Source: Squalus acanthias
Lineage: Eukaryota
DNA: 64,000 bases
Direction: 5' to 3'
Assembly: GCA_030390025.1 (NCBI GenBank)
Contig: CM059433.1
Location: forward strand, 18,168,001 to 18,232,000
In this document: positions 12,085 to 24,974 of the stretch, piece by piece
Layout of the letters: each line of letters begins with the position of its first letter
Numbering within the stretch: the first letter of the stretch is position 1
The notes under the pieces: model-generated
What the model saw: only the letters and a program-made list of their open reading frames with translations
What the model was told of the DNA's origin: nothing
Database searches by the model: none
Position numbers and translations under genes: made by a program

Positions 12085-12399
12085 GCTGGTTTCTCTCACA
12101 CCCTGTTCTGGAAATTGAACCAGTGGCTCATGATCCACTTGTTTCACTGTCGTATGATCCTCACCTACCACATATGGTGGGTGTGCTGGCAGAATTTGGA
12201 AACAGTTAAACTGTATGTAGCAGTCCCCCAGGCAATAGTGTTCTTTTCTGGACTTTTCCTCCTGACCTTCATAATCAACCCTTATTGGACACGTAAGAAG
12301 ACATTACAGCTTTTTAACCCAGTTGACTGGAACTTTGCAAAGGAAACCAGCAGGAAGACAAATGGTGAAACAAACAACATTTTGAAGAAAACAACATGA
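12085..12399 (+). CDS. CLN8: CLN8 last coding exon
   Basis: Acceptor CTTCCTTACCTAG ending at 12084. Reads [24 protein letters not shown]...[21 protein letters not shown]...KKTT*, with a dilysine ER-retrieval signal as in human KKRP. Confidence 0.96.
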   Translation, partial: AGFSHTLFWKLNQWLMIHLFHCRMILTYHIWWVCWQNLETVKLYVAVPQAIVFFSGLFLLTFIINPYWTRKKTLQLFNPVDWNFAKETSRKTNGETNNILKKTT

Positions 12400-12463
12400 T
12401 GTAAAATACACAACTGTAATTTGGTGAAAAGATGTAAAATACACAACTGTAATTTGGTGAAAA
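12398..12463. repeat. 33-bp tandem duplication at the CLN8 stop codon
   Basis: GATGTAAAATACACAACTGTAATTTGGTGAAAA occurs twice. Confidence 0.9.
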
Positions 12464-14394
12464 AATGTAACCGCAAATGTGCAAAATGATGCTCTTAACA
12501 TGTTAAACTGCACAAATCTACTCAGTGAGGTTAACTGCTGTGTTTCCGAGGATTTTGAGTATGACATCTAACATGGCTGTGTGTGTGTGTTAATTATCTC
12601 TCAGCAAAAAAGATCCCCTTATGCTAGCAAGATTGTGCAATAAGTCCTACACAAACCAAATACAGATGGGACAAGAAAGGGTCTTGGCAAACTTTAAAGT
12701 TCAGATACTGGCTTAAGCGACAGCATGAGATGTTTAGGTGCTAAATTTGAAACACTCATCTGACATCTCATTCTTGAGAATTTAACGATAGATTTTTGGC
12801 ATCAAAGTATGAAAGTCCAATATTTTCTTTAAAAAAAAGTCATAAGATGGTAATAAATCTTAAGTGAATATCTGAATAATTTCAATAGGTTTTGGGGTAA
12901 ATGGTTACTTTAGTTTGCAATTGGAACCTTTCAAGACTTTACTTTCTACGTGAGAAAGTTTGACTTATAATATGATATGTATTATATTCATACTAATCAT
13001 GTATATGTACCCATTCCATGAAGATTGAACAGTAATACTTTGCTCTAATCATGTAACAATACATTCTACATTGGCTTTTAGGATGTCATCATGACTGTTG
13101 CATTTCAATATTTTTGTTGTCTTTATATAACTTGTGGGACAGTTGAACCTGTATTTTACACTTAATACTGCTGTATTCACAAATACAGTATATGGCCTGT
13201 AATTTAATCTTAATCAGTGTTCACAAATCTGTTAAATTTGTGATGCGTTGATCCATATGAAACCTGTTTCTATATATTACTGGTTGGGAAAATCCTACAA
13301 GAATTACAGAAGATTTGGCAATGGAAGTGCGAATCAACCAGTTTTTATTTAACAACCATAGACACTTTTGAATTTATTTCAGAGAAGTTATCCTTGTATC
13401 TCTTCTATATGTATTGCAAATTGGCCGGTTTCCAAAAAATAACTCTCCCATAATGCAATTCCATTGCATCTTGGATTTATAATTTGCCTCATATCTGATG
13501 TGCAGGACCTTTTTGACTTAGAAAAGCAATAGGATCTTTTGACTTGGACGTTCTATAGAGTATAACTTCCTGAAGTTCTTCAGTGTAATGCTGATAGCTC
13601 TGTTACATGAGAAAAAACGTCATTATACTTGTTTTTCAACAATATGATACCTCCCATGGCATTGCTCACAGGTGGTGTGAAGTGCTTTTGTGATGTTGAG
13701 CTGCTAACCTGGCTTGTCTCTTTTAAAACCACTGTTTAAATAGGTCATGTATAATAATTGTAGTTGCTTGTAGATTTTTGGCTCCAGGTCAGAAGAAATC
13801 ATTATGAAATGACTGGCTTTTTTTAAAAAAGGTTTTATATTTCTAACAAACTGACAATTTGATATCTGGGTTGTGAAGTCTGCAATGTGATGGACACATG
13901 TTTGATTCCAGAATTGTATTCAGCAAAATTGAGGCACTGCCCACAGTAAGTTGGGGGTGCACTGTTTTTATGTACAAGGACTGTTCTGTTTTGGGACTTT
14001 TGACCATTTTGTCATGGAAAGGACTTGGGGATGAGTTATATTGACTTTTTATTGTTTTTAAATTGAATAATCCACAAAGGGTTAAAATTTAGCATGTAGC
14101 TGGAGACAGAAAGAGGTGTGTAATCAGAACAAACGACGCTCCAATTTTCCTTATGGTTTTCCATAATGACTGGGGGCAATAGATAATTTGTTATCTTGTA
14201 TGTGACTTGCAGCAGTCATTCACACCCGAGTCTCCTTGAAGAAGAAAACTGGCTTAGGCTAGATAGCTGATCCTATTCCAGAGGAAAAGACTGTCCAAAA
14301 AAAATTGGTTTTATTTTTCTAGCTTGCTACTTTGTGATGTATTTTTATTATTTAATTTTTATTTCTGAGTTGTATTGAGATGAGATTGGCTATA

Positions 14395-14720
14395 ACTGGC
14401 TCAGTGGGTAGCACACTCGCCTCTGAGTCAGAAGGTTGTGGGTTCAAGTTCCACTCCAGGGACTTGAGCACAAAAATCTAGGCTGACACTGCAGTGCTGG
14501 TATCCTGGCCAATATTTATCCCTCAATCAACATAACATAAAGAGATTATCTGGTCATTATCACATTGCTGTTTGTGGGAGCTTGCTGTGTGCAAATTGGC
14601 TGCCGCGTTTCCTACATTACAACAGTGACTACACTCGAAGTACTTCATTTGGCTGTAAAGCGCTTAGAGACATCTGGTGGTCATGAAAGGCGCTATATGA
14701 ATGCAAGTCTTTTTTTCTTT
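14395..14720 (+). mobile_element. tRNA-derived SINE (SacSINE1/DeuSINE-like) with an internal deletion
   Basis: A box TGGCTCAGTGG, B box GGTTCAAGT, TCTAGGCTGACACT body and an L2-like tail AAAGGCGCTATA..AATGCAAGTCTTT. Further pieces at about 27680-27875, 31770-31985, 39860-40050, 49865-49975 and 54155-54560. Confidence 0.75.
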
Positions 14721-15039
14721 AACTCTTGCACTGTATGATCACTGACTAAAATAAAAACAGATTAACCATTCATATCTGGCCTCATCTCACTTGTGTATTA
14801 ATCCGTCTGTCTACCAAAAGTTTGGAGAAGTGCACATGAAGGCATATGTGAAGAACATGATAGCCAGTTCAGACATTTCCAGGTTACACTATCATATAGT
14901 TAGATATTGGGCAGTACAGGCAAACTCTTGAACATGAGAGACAGGCCTGGTCTGCTTACAGAAGTGACCAGCAATGTAAAACCTAAGGCAGACTTGAAAT
15001 TTGGAACAGGGACATTATACCATATAAAACCCAATGGGG

Positions 15040-15650
15040 CCAGGTACAAAAAATAATCGAAATGTCTAATGGAATGTTAACCTTTATAATTAGAGGGCTA
15101 GTATATAAAGGGAAGGAAATTTTGCTACAGCTGTACAAAGCCCTAGCTAGACCACAACTGCAGTGCTGTGCACAGTTCTGGGCACCACACCTTAAGATAC
15201 TGGAAGAAGTGCAGCACAGATTTACCAGGACTCCAAGGGTTAGATTATGAGGAGGGATTACATAAACTAGGCTTGTATTCCCTGGAATAGAGAAGATTAA
15301 GGTGTGATTTGATTGAGGTTTTTAGGATTTTGAAAGGAATTGATAGGGTAGATAGAAAGGAACTTTTTCTGCTGGTGGAGGAGTCTAGGACAAGGGGACA
15401 TCACCTTAAAATCAGAGCCAGGCCATTCAAGAGAGAAGTTAGGAAACACTTCTTCATGCAATGGGTGGTAAAAGTGTTGTACTCTCCCACAAAAAGCAGT
15501 AAATGCTAGCTCAATTAATTTTTGATTTAAATTTTAATTGTAGACAAGGATATAAAATATGGAGTTACGATACAGATCAGCCATGATGTCATTGAATGGC
15601 GGAACAGACTCAAGAGGCTGAATGGCCTACTGTTCCTACGTTCTTATAGG
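15040..15650 (+). mobile_element. CR1 LINE 3' fragment
   Basis: ORF2 C-terminal motifs LYKALARP, QFWAP, SRTRGH, followed by a CR1 3' UTR. Confidence 0.85.
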
Positions 15651-18061
15651 CCAAAGATCTGCAACCCTTCCAGCACACTCCCGCTGTAACTTTGGTGGGG
15701 GACCGGGGACTAGGTAAACAATTAGGCCAGGACCTGGATGTGGCACGTTGCCGCCTTGCCAGTGTACTTGTCTCCCTTTAAAGCTACAAAGTAATAAGTA
15801 AATACAAGTCAATTAGGCTCCTGATATTATGGCTCTGGTATTTTCTGATGCTGGAGAATTCGTACATTCCAAATGACTGCCTTTAGTTTATACTGTTTTG
15901 TCAAGTATGCCCCAAGTTTGCATTTGACAGCATGTGATATCTGAAGTATGATGGACAGGATGTGAATTAAAATGTAATGACTTCATACGATTAGTGAATT
16001 GCATGTGGCGCTGCTCGGTTAATCAGAGCATATGCTGCTCCATAAGAATGGAACATTTTTTAATGACACAGACACACTGGTTTATGTAACACAATATATT
16101 TCAGCTGCTGCTAAAGATATATATTCCTTTAAGGCTGGTGCTCAAATGGTCTAAATAGGCAAATTTATCACTGCTTGTAAATTTCTGGCATACCGTCAAA
16201 ATGATTTTATCAGGCCAGAAATCTACAATCACCCGAATTAGCCTATTCAGACTACTTCAGTAGGGGTCTCTAAAATGCCAGTTTAGTGGCTAATTGATGA
16301 GCAAACAGTGGGTGAGTTCATTCAAAGATAAATTGCTGGTTCAGGCTGGAGATCTGAGCACTAGCTTTGTTTGTGGGAAGGGAAGATCAATTAGGAGCTT
16401 GTAGATATTGTGGCTTCAGTACATCTTGATCTTGGAGAGTTATTCCTGTATAAATAACTCTAGAACAGAGATATGATACACATATCTGCATTAGACAGTG
16501 TTGATGCCTGTATGCTGATAGACTGGGACTGTGCATGGATCTCCCATGGCATTGCTCATGGTGAGTCAGAGGATTCACTTCATAGAAATTAGTGGCGTTA
16601 TTTACTTGTTTTGAGATTTTGATATCCATGCCTCTCTAGAACACTTAAGTACTTGGCTGCTATTAGAATTGTGCTGGTTGAAAGTAAGTTTTCTATCAGT
16701 AATTTTCGCATCTCTTGGAAAACTGCATCCACTGTCTTGCTGTCAATCATAAGCATTTCCAGAACTTACCACCAAAAACATTTAACTCTGTTAAAAGTTC
16801 CAAAGTATTTTTAATGGATTAAAACCATGATAAATTGGTTTGCATTATCAGAATAATAAAGCTTTTGATAAAGAATAAAGATTTAAAAAATTCTTCATCG
16901 AGCTTTCCTTCACCTAATTTGGAAAACCAGCCAAGCAGATACAGTTCAGGACTGAAGGAAAACATTCTTCCAGTTGGGCTGATAACATCCTGTTGATGTA
17001 TTCTGGGAAATTGGGCACACTGCACATGCTCAGATTGGGGCATCTCCCTTCAGTTATTAAGTCCAAGTCCAGATTTTTGAGAGGCTGAAGACTTCAAGTA
17101 CAAGCATTAACGAAGGCATTCAAAGCTACAGAGGACAACATCATAGTTAAGTTTAATCAAATTAATGTGAAATATGTAAATTTAATGTTTTAATTATGTT
17201 AGAAATGTTATTTTAAATATGTAAATGATTGCTGATGGGGAGGGGGAATGGCAGCTGACTTTTTTTTGCAAAAGGCAGCATAGGAATGATTTCATTGGTT
17301 CACTTCTTGCTAAGAAATGTGCATATGATTGAATTACAATCAATAAATTCAAATCACAAATAATAAATGTGTATATCACCCAAACAAATGCAAGACATTT
17401 GAATACATTTCTAAATTGTTCAGCTTAAACATGATTATGGTTAAGTGTCTCACAGATATTACAGGAACTCTGTGCTGTGCAAGTTGTTGTAATATATTGC
17501 TAACAGATCTCCCATGGCATTGCCAATGGTGAGTTGGAAGACGTAATGTTTTATAATCGGGCATTACACCATGCAACCCACAATATAATATTAGGACCAC
17601 TGATTTAGTGACTGTAACTAAACATGTTCTAATTAGATGGCATTCTAGGAGTTTACCACTATTTTCTGGATTGAGATCCACACCTTGTTTTTCCATAAAA
17701 ATTGTAAATAAGCGGCATTCGTAATTATTTTGTGTCTTTACCTTTTTTTTAAAGCCCAAGATTGTAGTCAGATGGATCAGTGTTGGACTGGGGGAAAAAA
17801 GTGGTCTGGGAGTTTGTTTGGGTGGGATCCTGGAAATTTGTACTGTGGGAGGGGATGGGAGGTGATGGAAGGGGGGTTATGCTGGTGGTTTCCCTTTATC
17901 ATTTTAAATACCTTGATTAAGCCACCCCTCAAACTTTCAAATACAAGGGAATACTAACCAAGTTTATGCAAGCTGTCCTGATAACTTAACCTTTTAAGAC
18001 CAGGCATCATTCCAGTGAATCTGTGCTGTACCCCTTTCAAGGCCAATATATCTTTCCTGAG

Positions 18062-18322
18062 ATAACAACAGAAAACGCTGGAAAAACTCAGCAGGCCAGG
18101 CAGCATCCATGGAGAGAGAAACAGAGTTAACGTTTCAGGTCGAAGACCTTTCGTCAGAACTGGAAAAAAAAGCAGGAAATGAAATAGATTTAAAGCAAGG
18201 ATAAAGCTGGGAAAAGGGGGAGGGAATGAAAGAACAAAAGGAGAGATTAAGAGACATTGAGAGACATTAAGAGATAATCAAGGCAAGAGGAGGTGTTGAT
18301 GTAACAGGTTGAGGCTAAATGA
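18062..18322 (-). mobile_element. Penelope-like family 1, 3' fragment
   Basis: Reverse complement of about 45325-45565. 14-bp TSD ATATCTTTCCTGAG at 18048-18061 and 18323-18336. Confidence 0.85.
18125..18161 (-). ncRNA. Minimal hammerhead ribozyme (Penelope family 1)
   Basis: Minus strand reads AGTT-CTGACGA-a-AGGTC-ttc-GACCT-GAAA-CG-TT-AACT. Confidence 0.75.
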
Positions 18323-19535
18323 ATATCTTTCCTGAGGTTCAGTGCCCAAAACTGTATGCAATACTCCAGATGGGTCTAACCAAGGCTCTCTATGAGTGAA
18401 GCATCACTTCCTCACTTTAAAATTCCAAACCTCTTGAGATAAAGGACAGCATTCTATTAGCCTTTTTAATTACCTTTTGTACCTGTGCAATAGCTTTTAG
18501 TGATTTGTGTACTTGGACACCTAAACTCCTTTGCTCCTCCACAGCTCCTAATCTCTCACCATTCACAAAATATTCTAATTTGTCCTTCTCCGATCCAAAG
18601 TGGATGACCTCGCACTTCCCCACATTGAACTGCATCTGCCAAAATTTTGTCCATTCATTTAGTCTGTTGTCCATGTCCCTTTGTAACTTCCTACTCCCAT
18701 TTACACAACTTACTATGCCTCCTAACTTAGTGTCATCTGCAAAGTTGGATATACAACACTTTATTCCTTCATCCATCAATATATATGGTAAAAAGCTAAG
18801 GTCCCAGAACAGATGCCCGACAAACACCATTTGTCACTTACCACCAATCAGAGAATGAACCATTTATCCCTATTCTTTGTCTCCTACCGCCAAATAAATT
18901 ATCGACCCAAGTCACAAGGTTATCTCCAACTCCGATGATGACTCTATGAAATTAATATTTTCACTGATAACCACAGATCGGCCCTCATTTTGCAGACTTG
19001 CAGTGTATTTTGCTGACATTCAGTGCTATTTGAGGGATCAGCATTCAAATGCACTTGCACTATTTATATATTACTGAGTAGTTTTGTTGAATACAAAGTT
19101 GGCTGCTGTGATAGAATGGCCAGGCATTCTACGGGAAGATGAGCTAAACAGGTCTAAACAAAGTGTCATTGCCCTGTGCCACTCTCTGAAGTGTGTTGGT
19201 TATGCACCTGTTTCAGGAATATAACTAAAACTGAAATCATCTGCACTGTGGCAAATATTGGGGAGATGCATTGGCATATAATTTACATTTGTACTGTTTG
19301 AGTAATGATTTAATAGACAATAACTTATACGTGCTTTGGGCTGCCACATCTACTGATGCATCAGTGTCAACTAAAATTTTTACTGGATGTCCTGGCAGTA
19401 GAACTGTTCTGTGTAGCATGTAATAGGGCATATTTTGAGCCTAAAAGGAACAAGGTCTGGGAAGCATTGACTATAATACTGCAGCTAAAATATAGGACAA
19501 CAAGAAAGAGAGGGTTATGAGTCAAATCACTTCAT

Positions 19536-19549
19536 CCACCAGATGGCAC
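19536..19549 (+). promoter_or_regulatory. Candidate CTCF site
   Basis: CCACCAGATGGCAC fits CCASYAGRKGGCRS and lies in non-repeat DNA. An AP-1 motif TGAGTCA is about 18 bp upstream. Confidence 0.45.
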
Positions 19550-20109
19550 TCAAAAGTCAGAGACACACACGCACACACACCCACACACAATTGCAGATTC
19601 AAATGTGGCATATAATTACTGCGTTTAACAGTACTTGTGCATAACTTTGTTAAATTAGTAGCTTTGATGGTTAGAGTTCCGGGTCTGATTCTCATTCAGA
19701 GTGCCGTTATAAAGAACAATTCAAGACCCATCACATTTCTACAATTTTTAAAAAATATTTCTGAAGTGTTATAAATCATATATTATTTTAATTTGCATGC
19801 ATAAAAACATTGGATCAAGCATTGGTTTATTACACATCAGGTGTCAAAAGTATATTAAAGCAAAAAAAGAGTCATAAGATTATAGATAAGTACAGCTAAG
19901 AATGGGCATTCTGCTGATTCATTTATCCAAACGACCCTACAATCCTCCATCGTGGCATCCAACTGTTTCTTAAATGATTCCAAGGTTTTTGCCCCCAGTA
20001 CCTTAACTAGAAGTCCATTTCATATGTTGATCACTTTTTGTATGAAGAATAGCTTCCTGACATCAATCCTAAATTGCTCGATTTAGGATAAAAATAGATA
20101 AAGAGGAGG

Positions 20110-20394
20110 GTGGGGCAGGAACAGAGAGACCTGGGGGTGTATGTACACAAATCTTTGAAAGTGGCAAGAAAAGTTGAGAAGGCTGTTAAAAAAGCATATG
20201 GGATCCTTGGCTTTATTCTTAGAGGTATAGAATACAAAAGCAAGGACGTTATACTAAACCTTTATAAAACACTGGTTGGGCCTCAGCATTCAATTGTGGG
20301 CACCAAACTTTACGAAGGCTGTCAAGGCCTTGGAGAGGATGCAGAAGAGATTTACTATAATGGTACCAGGGATGAGGGACTTCAGTTAAGTGGA
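20110..20394 (+). mobile_element. Older CR1 fragment, left part (split by the full-length CR1, resumes at about 24975)
   Basis: RDLGVYVHKSLK...LYKTLV, continuing as ACTGGAGAAGCTGGGG after the insertion. Confidence 0.8.
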
Positions 20395-20495
20395 ACATAG
20401 AAACATAGAAACACAGAAGATATGAGCAGGAGTAGGCCATTCGGCCCCTCGAGCCTGCTCCGCCATTTAATGAGATCATGGCTGATCATCCAAAT

Positions 20496-23473
20496 TCAGT
20501 ACCCTGTCCCTGCTTTCTCCCCATATCCCTTGATCCCTTTAGCCTTAAGAAATATATCTAACTCCTTCTTGAATATATTTAATGAATTGGCCTCAACTGC
20601 CTTCTGTGGTAGAGAATTCCACAGGTTCACCACTCTCTGGGTGAAGAAATTCCTCCTCATCTCAGTCCTAAATGGCTTACCCCTTATCCTTAGACTGTGG
20701 CCCCTGGTTCTGGACTCCCCCGCCATCGGGAACATCCTTCCTGCATCTAGTCTGTCTAGTCCTGTTAGAATTTTATAAGTTTCAATGAGATCCCCTCTCA
20801 TTCTTCTAAACTCTAGCGAATACAAGCCCAATCGTCCCAATCTTTCTTCATACGTCATTCCTGCCATCCCAGGTATCAGTCTGGTGAATCTTCGCTGCAC
20901 TCCCTCCATGGCAAGAACATCCTTCCTCAGATAAGGCGACCAAAACTGCACACAATACTCAAGGTGTGGTCTCACCAAGGCCCTGTACAACTGCAGCAAG
21001 ACATCCTTGCTCCTGTACTCGAATCCTCTCGCTATGAAGGCCAACATACCATTTGCCTTCTTAACCGCCTGCTGCACCTGCATGCTTACCTTCAACGACT
21101 GGTGCACAAGGACTCCCAGGTCTCGTTGCACTTCCCCTTTTCCCAATCTATTGCCATTCAGATAATAATCTGTCTTCCTGTTTTTGCCACCAAAGTGGAT
21201 AACTTCGCATTTCTCCACATTATACTGCATCTGCCATGCATCTGCCCAATCACCCAACTTGTCCAAATCATACTGGAGTTTCTCTGCATCCTCCTCACAA
21301 CACACACGCCCACCCAGCTTTGTGTCATCTGCAAACTTGGAGATATTACAGCTAGTTCCCTCGTCTAGATCATTAATATATATTGTGAATAACTGGGGTC
21401 CTAGCACCAATCCCTGCGGTACCCCACTAGTCACTGCCTGCCACTCAGAAAAAGACCCGTTTATTCCAACTCTTTGCTTCCTGTCTGCCAACCAGTTCTC
21501 TATTCAAGTCAGTACCTTACCCCTAATCCCATGTGCTTTAACTTTGCACGCTAATCTCTTATGCGGGACCTTATCGAAAGCCTTCTGAAAGTCCAATTAC
21601 ACCACATCCACTGGTTCTCCCTTATCTATTCTACCAGTTACATCCTCAAAAAATTCCAGTAGATTAGTCAAGCATGATTTACCTTTTGTAAATCCATGTT
21701 GACTTTGTCCGATCCTGTCACTGTTTTCCAAGTGCTCTGCTATTACATCTTTTATAATGGACTCTAGCATTTTGCCCACTACCGATGTCAGGCTTACCGG
21801 TCTATAATTCCCCGTTTTCTCTCTACCACCTTTTTTAAATAGTGGGGTTACATTAGCTACCCTCCAATCCATGGGAACTGTTCCAGAGTCTATAGAATTT
21901 TGGAAGATGACCAGCAATGCATCTACTATTTCTAGGGCCACTTCCTTAAGTACCCTAGGATGTAGATTATCAGGCCCTGGGGATTTATCGGCCTTCAATC
22001 CCGTCAATTTCCCTAACACCATTTCCCTACAAATACTGATTTCATTCCGTTCTTCCCTCTCATTAGACCCTATGTTCCCTGACATCTCTGGGAGGTTATT
22101 TGTGTCCTCCTTTGTGAAGACAGAACCAAAGTATATATTTAATTGGTCTGCCATTTCTTTGTTCCCCATTATAAATTCCCCTGATTCTGACTGCAAGGGA
22201 CCTACGCTTGACTTCACTAATCTTTTTCTCTTCACATATCTATTGAAGCTTTTACAGTCAGTTTTTATGTTCCCTGCAAGCTTACTCTCATACTCTATTT
22301 TCCCCCTCTTAATGAATCCCTTTGTCCTCCTTTGCTGAATCCTAAACTGCTCCCAATCCTCAGGTTTGCTGCTTTTTCTGGCCAATTTATATGTCCTCTC
22401 CTTGGATCTTATGCTATCCCTAATTTCCCTTGTTAGCCATGGTTGAGTCACCTTTTTTGTTTTACTTTTATGCCGAACAGGGATGAACAAATTCTGTAGT
22501 TCATCCTTGCGATCTTTAAATGTTTGCCATTGCCTATCCACCGTCAACCCTTTAAGTAACGTTCCCCAATCCATCCGAGCCAATTTGCGCCTCATACCAT
22601 CGTAGTTTCCTTTATTTAAATTCAGGACCCTAGTCTCTGAGTCAACCACTTCACTCTCCATCTTAATGAAGAATTCTATCATATTATGATTGCTCCTCCC
22701 CAAGGGGCCTCACACAACAAGATTGCTAATTAATCCTTTCTCATTACATAATACCCAGTCTAAGATGGCCTGATCTCTAGTTGGTTCCTCGACATATTAG
22801 TCCAGGAAACCACTATACACTCTAGGAATTCCTCCTCCACAGTATTGTTACTAATTTGGTTAGCCCAATCTATATGTAGATTAAAGTCACCCATGATAAC
22901 TGCTGTGCCCTTATTGCACGCATCTCTAATTTCCCGTTTAATGCCATCCCCAACCTCAGCATTACTGTTTGGGGGTCTGTATACAACTCCCACTAATGTT
23001 TTCTGCCCCTTGGTATTTCTCAGCTCTACCCATACAGATTCCACCTCATCAGAGCTAATATCCTTCCTTACTATTGTGTTAATCTCCTCTTTAACCAGCA
23101 ATGCTACCCCACCTCCTTTTCCTTTTTGCCTGTCCTTCCTGAATATTGAATACCCCTGGATGTTGAATTCCCAGCCTTGGTCACCCTGGAGCCATGTCTC
23201 CGTAATCCCAATTATATCATATCCGTTTACATCTATTTGCGCAGCTAATTCATCCACCTTATTACGAATGCTCCTCGCATTAAGATACAAAGCCTTCAGG
23301 CTTGTTTTTTTAACACTCTTAGACCAATTAGAATTATTATTTACTGTAGCCCTGTTTGATTTACACATTTGAATTCTCTGACTTCCACTTTTGCTTTTCT
23401 CCTTACGTCTTTTTCTTCTATCCTTGCTTCCCTTTCCTCTGTCTCCCTGCACAGGTTCCCAACCCCCTGCCAT
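20496..23473 (-). pseudogene. CR1 ORF2 (AP endonuclease + reverse transcriptase), disrupted
   Basis: NARSIRNK, GITETWL, MGDFN, NYRPVSLTS, QHGF, GVPQG and FADD motifs. Frameshift near 22810 and premature stop at 21597. Confidence 0.93.
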
Positions 23474-23474
23474 T

Positions 23475-24425
23475 TTAGTTTAAACCCTCCTCAACAGCAC
23501 TAGCAAACACTCCCCCCCGGACATCAGTCCCGGTCCTGCCCAGGTGCAAACCATCCAGTTTGTACTGGTCCCACCTCCCCCAGAACCGGTTCCAATGTCC
23601 CAGGAATTTGAATCCCTCCCCCTTGCACCATTCCTCTAGCCACGTATTCATCTGAAATATCCTTCTATTTCTACTCTGACTAGCACGTGGCACTGGTAGC
23701 AATCCTGAGATTACTACCTTTGAGGTCCTATTTTTTAATTTACCTCCTAACTCCCTATATTCAGCTTTTAGGACCTCATCCCGGTTTTTACCTATATCGT
23801 TGGTACCTATATTCACCACGACAACTGGCTGTTCACCCTCCCTCTCCAGAATGCCCTGCAGCCGCTCCGAAACATCCTTGACCCTTGCACCAGGGAGGCA
23901 ACATACCATCCTGGATTCTCATTTGCGGCTGCAGAAACGCCTATCTATTCCCCTTACAATAGAATCCCCTATCACTATAGCTCTCCCGCTCTTTTTCCTC
24001 CCGTCCTGTGCAACAGAACCACCCATGGTGCCAGGAAGTTGGCTGCTGCTGCCTTCCCCCGATAAGCCATCTCCCTCAACAATATCCAAAGCGGTATATC
24101 TGTTTGAGAGGGGGATGGCCACAGGGGACCCCTGAACTACCTGCCTGCACCTACTACTCTGCCTGTCGGTCACCCATTCCCTTCCTGCCTGTGCAGCCTT
24201 TACCTGCGGTGTGACCAACTGATTAAGCGTGCTATCCACGACGTCCTCAGCATCGTGAATGCTCCAGTATGTATCCATTCGCAGCTCCAGCACCACAATG
24301 CGGTCTGCCAGTAGCTGCAGCTGGATACGCTTCCCGCACACATGGTCGTCAGGGACACAGGAAGTGTCCCTGATTTCCCACATAGTGCAGGTGGAGCATA
24401 CCACGGGGCCGAGCTGTGCTGCCAT
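23475..24425 (-). pseudogene. CR1 ORF1 (Cys-rich N-terminus, coiled coil, SGNH esterase), frameshifted near 23915
   Basis: CxxC at the N-terminus, LSNRY, VIGDSIVR, LPGA, GTND and DGLHL motifs. Confidence 0.9.
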
Positions 24426-24974
24426 GACTTACCCTTTAATTAAATTAAATTAAATTAAATCAAATCAATGCCACTAATTACACTACAATTAAATGATATA
24501 CTCAAGGGCCCTTGTTTACTAGCACTCCCCGCTACACAACAGAGACCTTAGAAACTATAACCACAAAAATTAAGACCTTCTAAATTTTATAAACTATTAA
24601 CCTTAACTGTCAAACTATAGAGTAGTATAAATACTCACCTGGCCGTACTCACCCAATCAGCTGCTTCCTCTTGCCCGCGTCACTTTTTGAATCATGACGT
24701 GGCTCTGGAACGCCGCTGCCAGTCTGCGAGATTGACCGGCCTTTGAAAAAAAGCCCGCGAAAGTAAGTTTAAATACTCACTGTACTCTCCTGCTGCTCCC
24801 GACACCGGCCTCTTCCTACAGGCTGAAAAGTTAGAAAAAACAAAGGGGAAGCAAGGGAGCTCCTCCTTCCACTCCTCACCTAACTCTGACTCACCCAACT
24901 CGCAACACTCTGTTGAAACCGCACTCAGTGCAAAATCGCACTTCAAAGCCTGTTTTATCGGCCTGAAACAAAGT

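Larger units (their letters stand above)
17895..18935 (-). mobile_element. CR1 LINE RT fragment interrupted by a Penelope tail
   Basis: FADDTKLGG and FNVGKCEVIHFG in ORF 18417-18830. Confidence 0.85.
20395..24970 (-). mobile_element. Near full-length CR1 LINE (5' UTR, ORF1, ORF2, 3' tail)
   Basis: (CATAGAAA)n tail at 20396-20415, ORF2 with APE and RT, ORF1 with a Cys-rich region and esterase, and about 550 bp of 5' UTR. Confidence 0.95.

Noticed and set aside
14395..14465. tRNA gene
   Set aside because: The A/B boxes run straight into a SINE body and tail, so this is a SINE head.
21184..23372. Long + strand ORFs (134-175 aa)
   Set aside because: Antisense shadows of CR1 ORF2.
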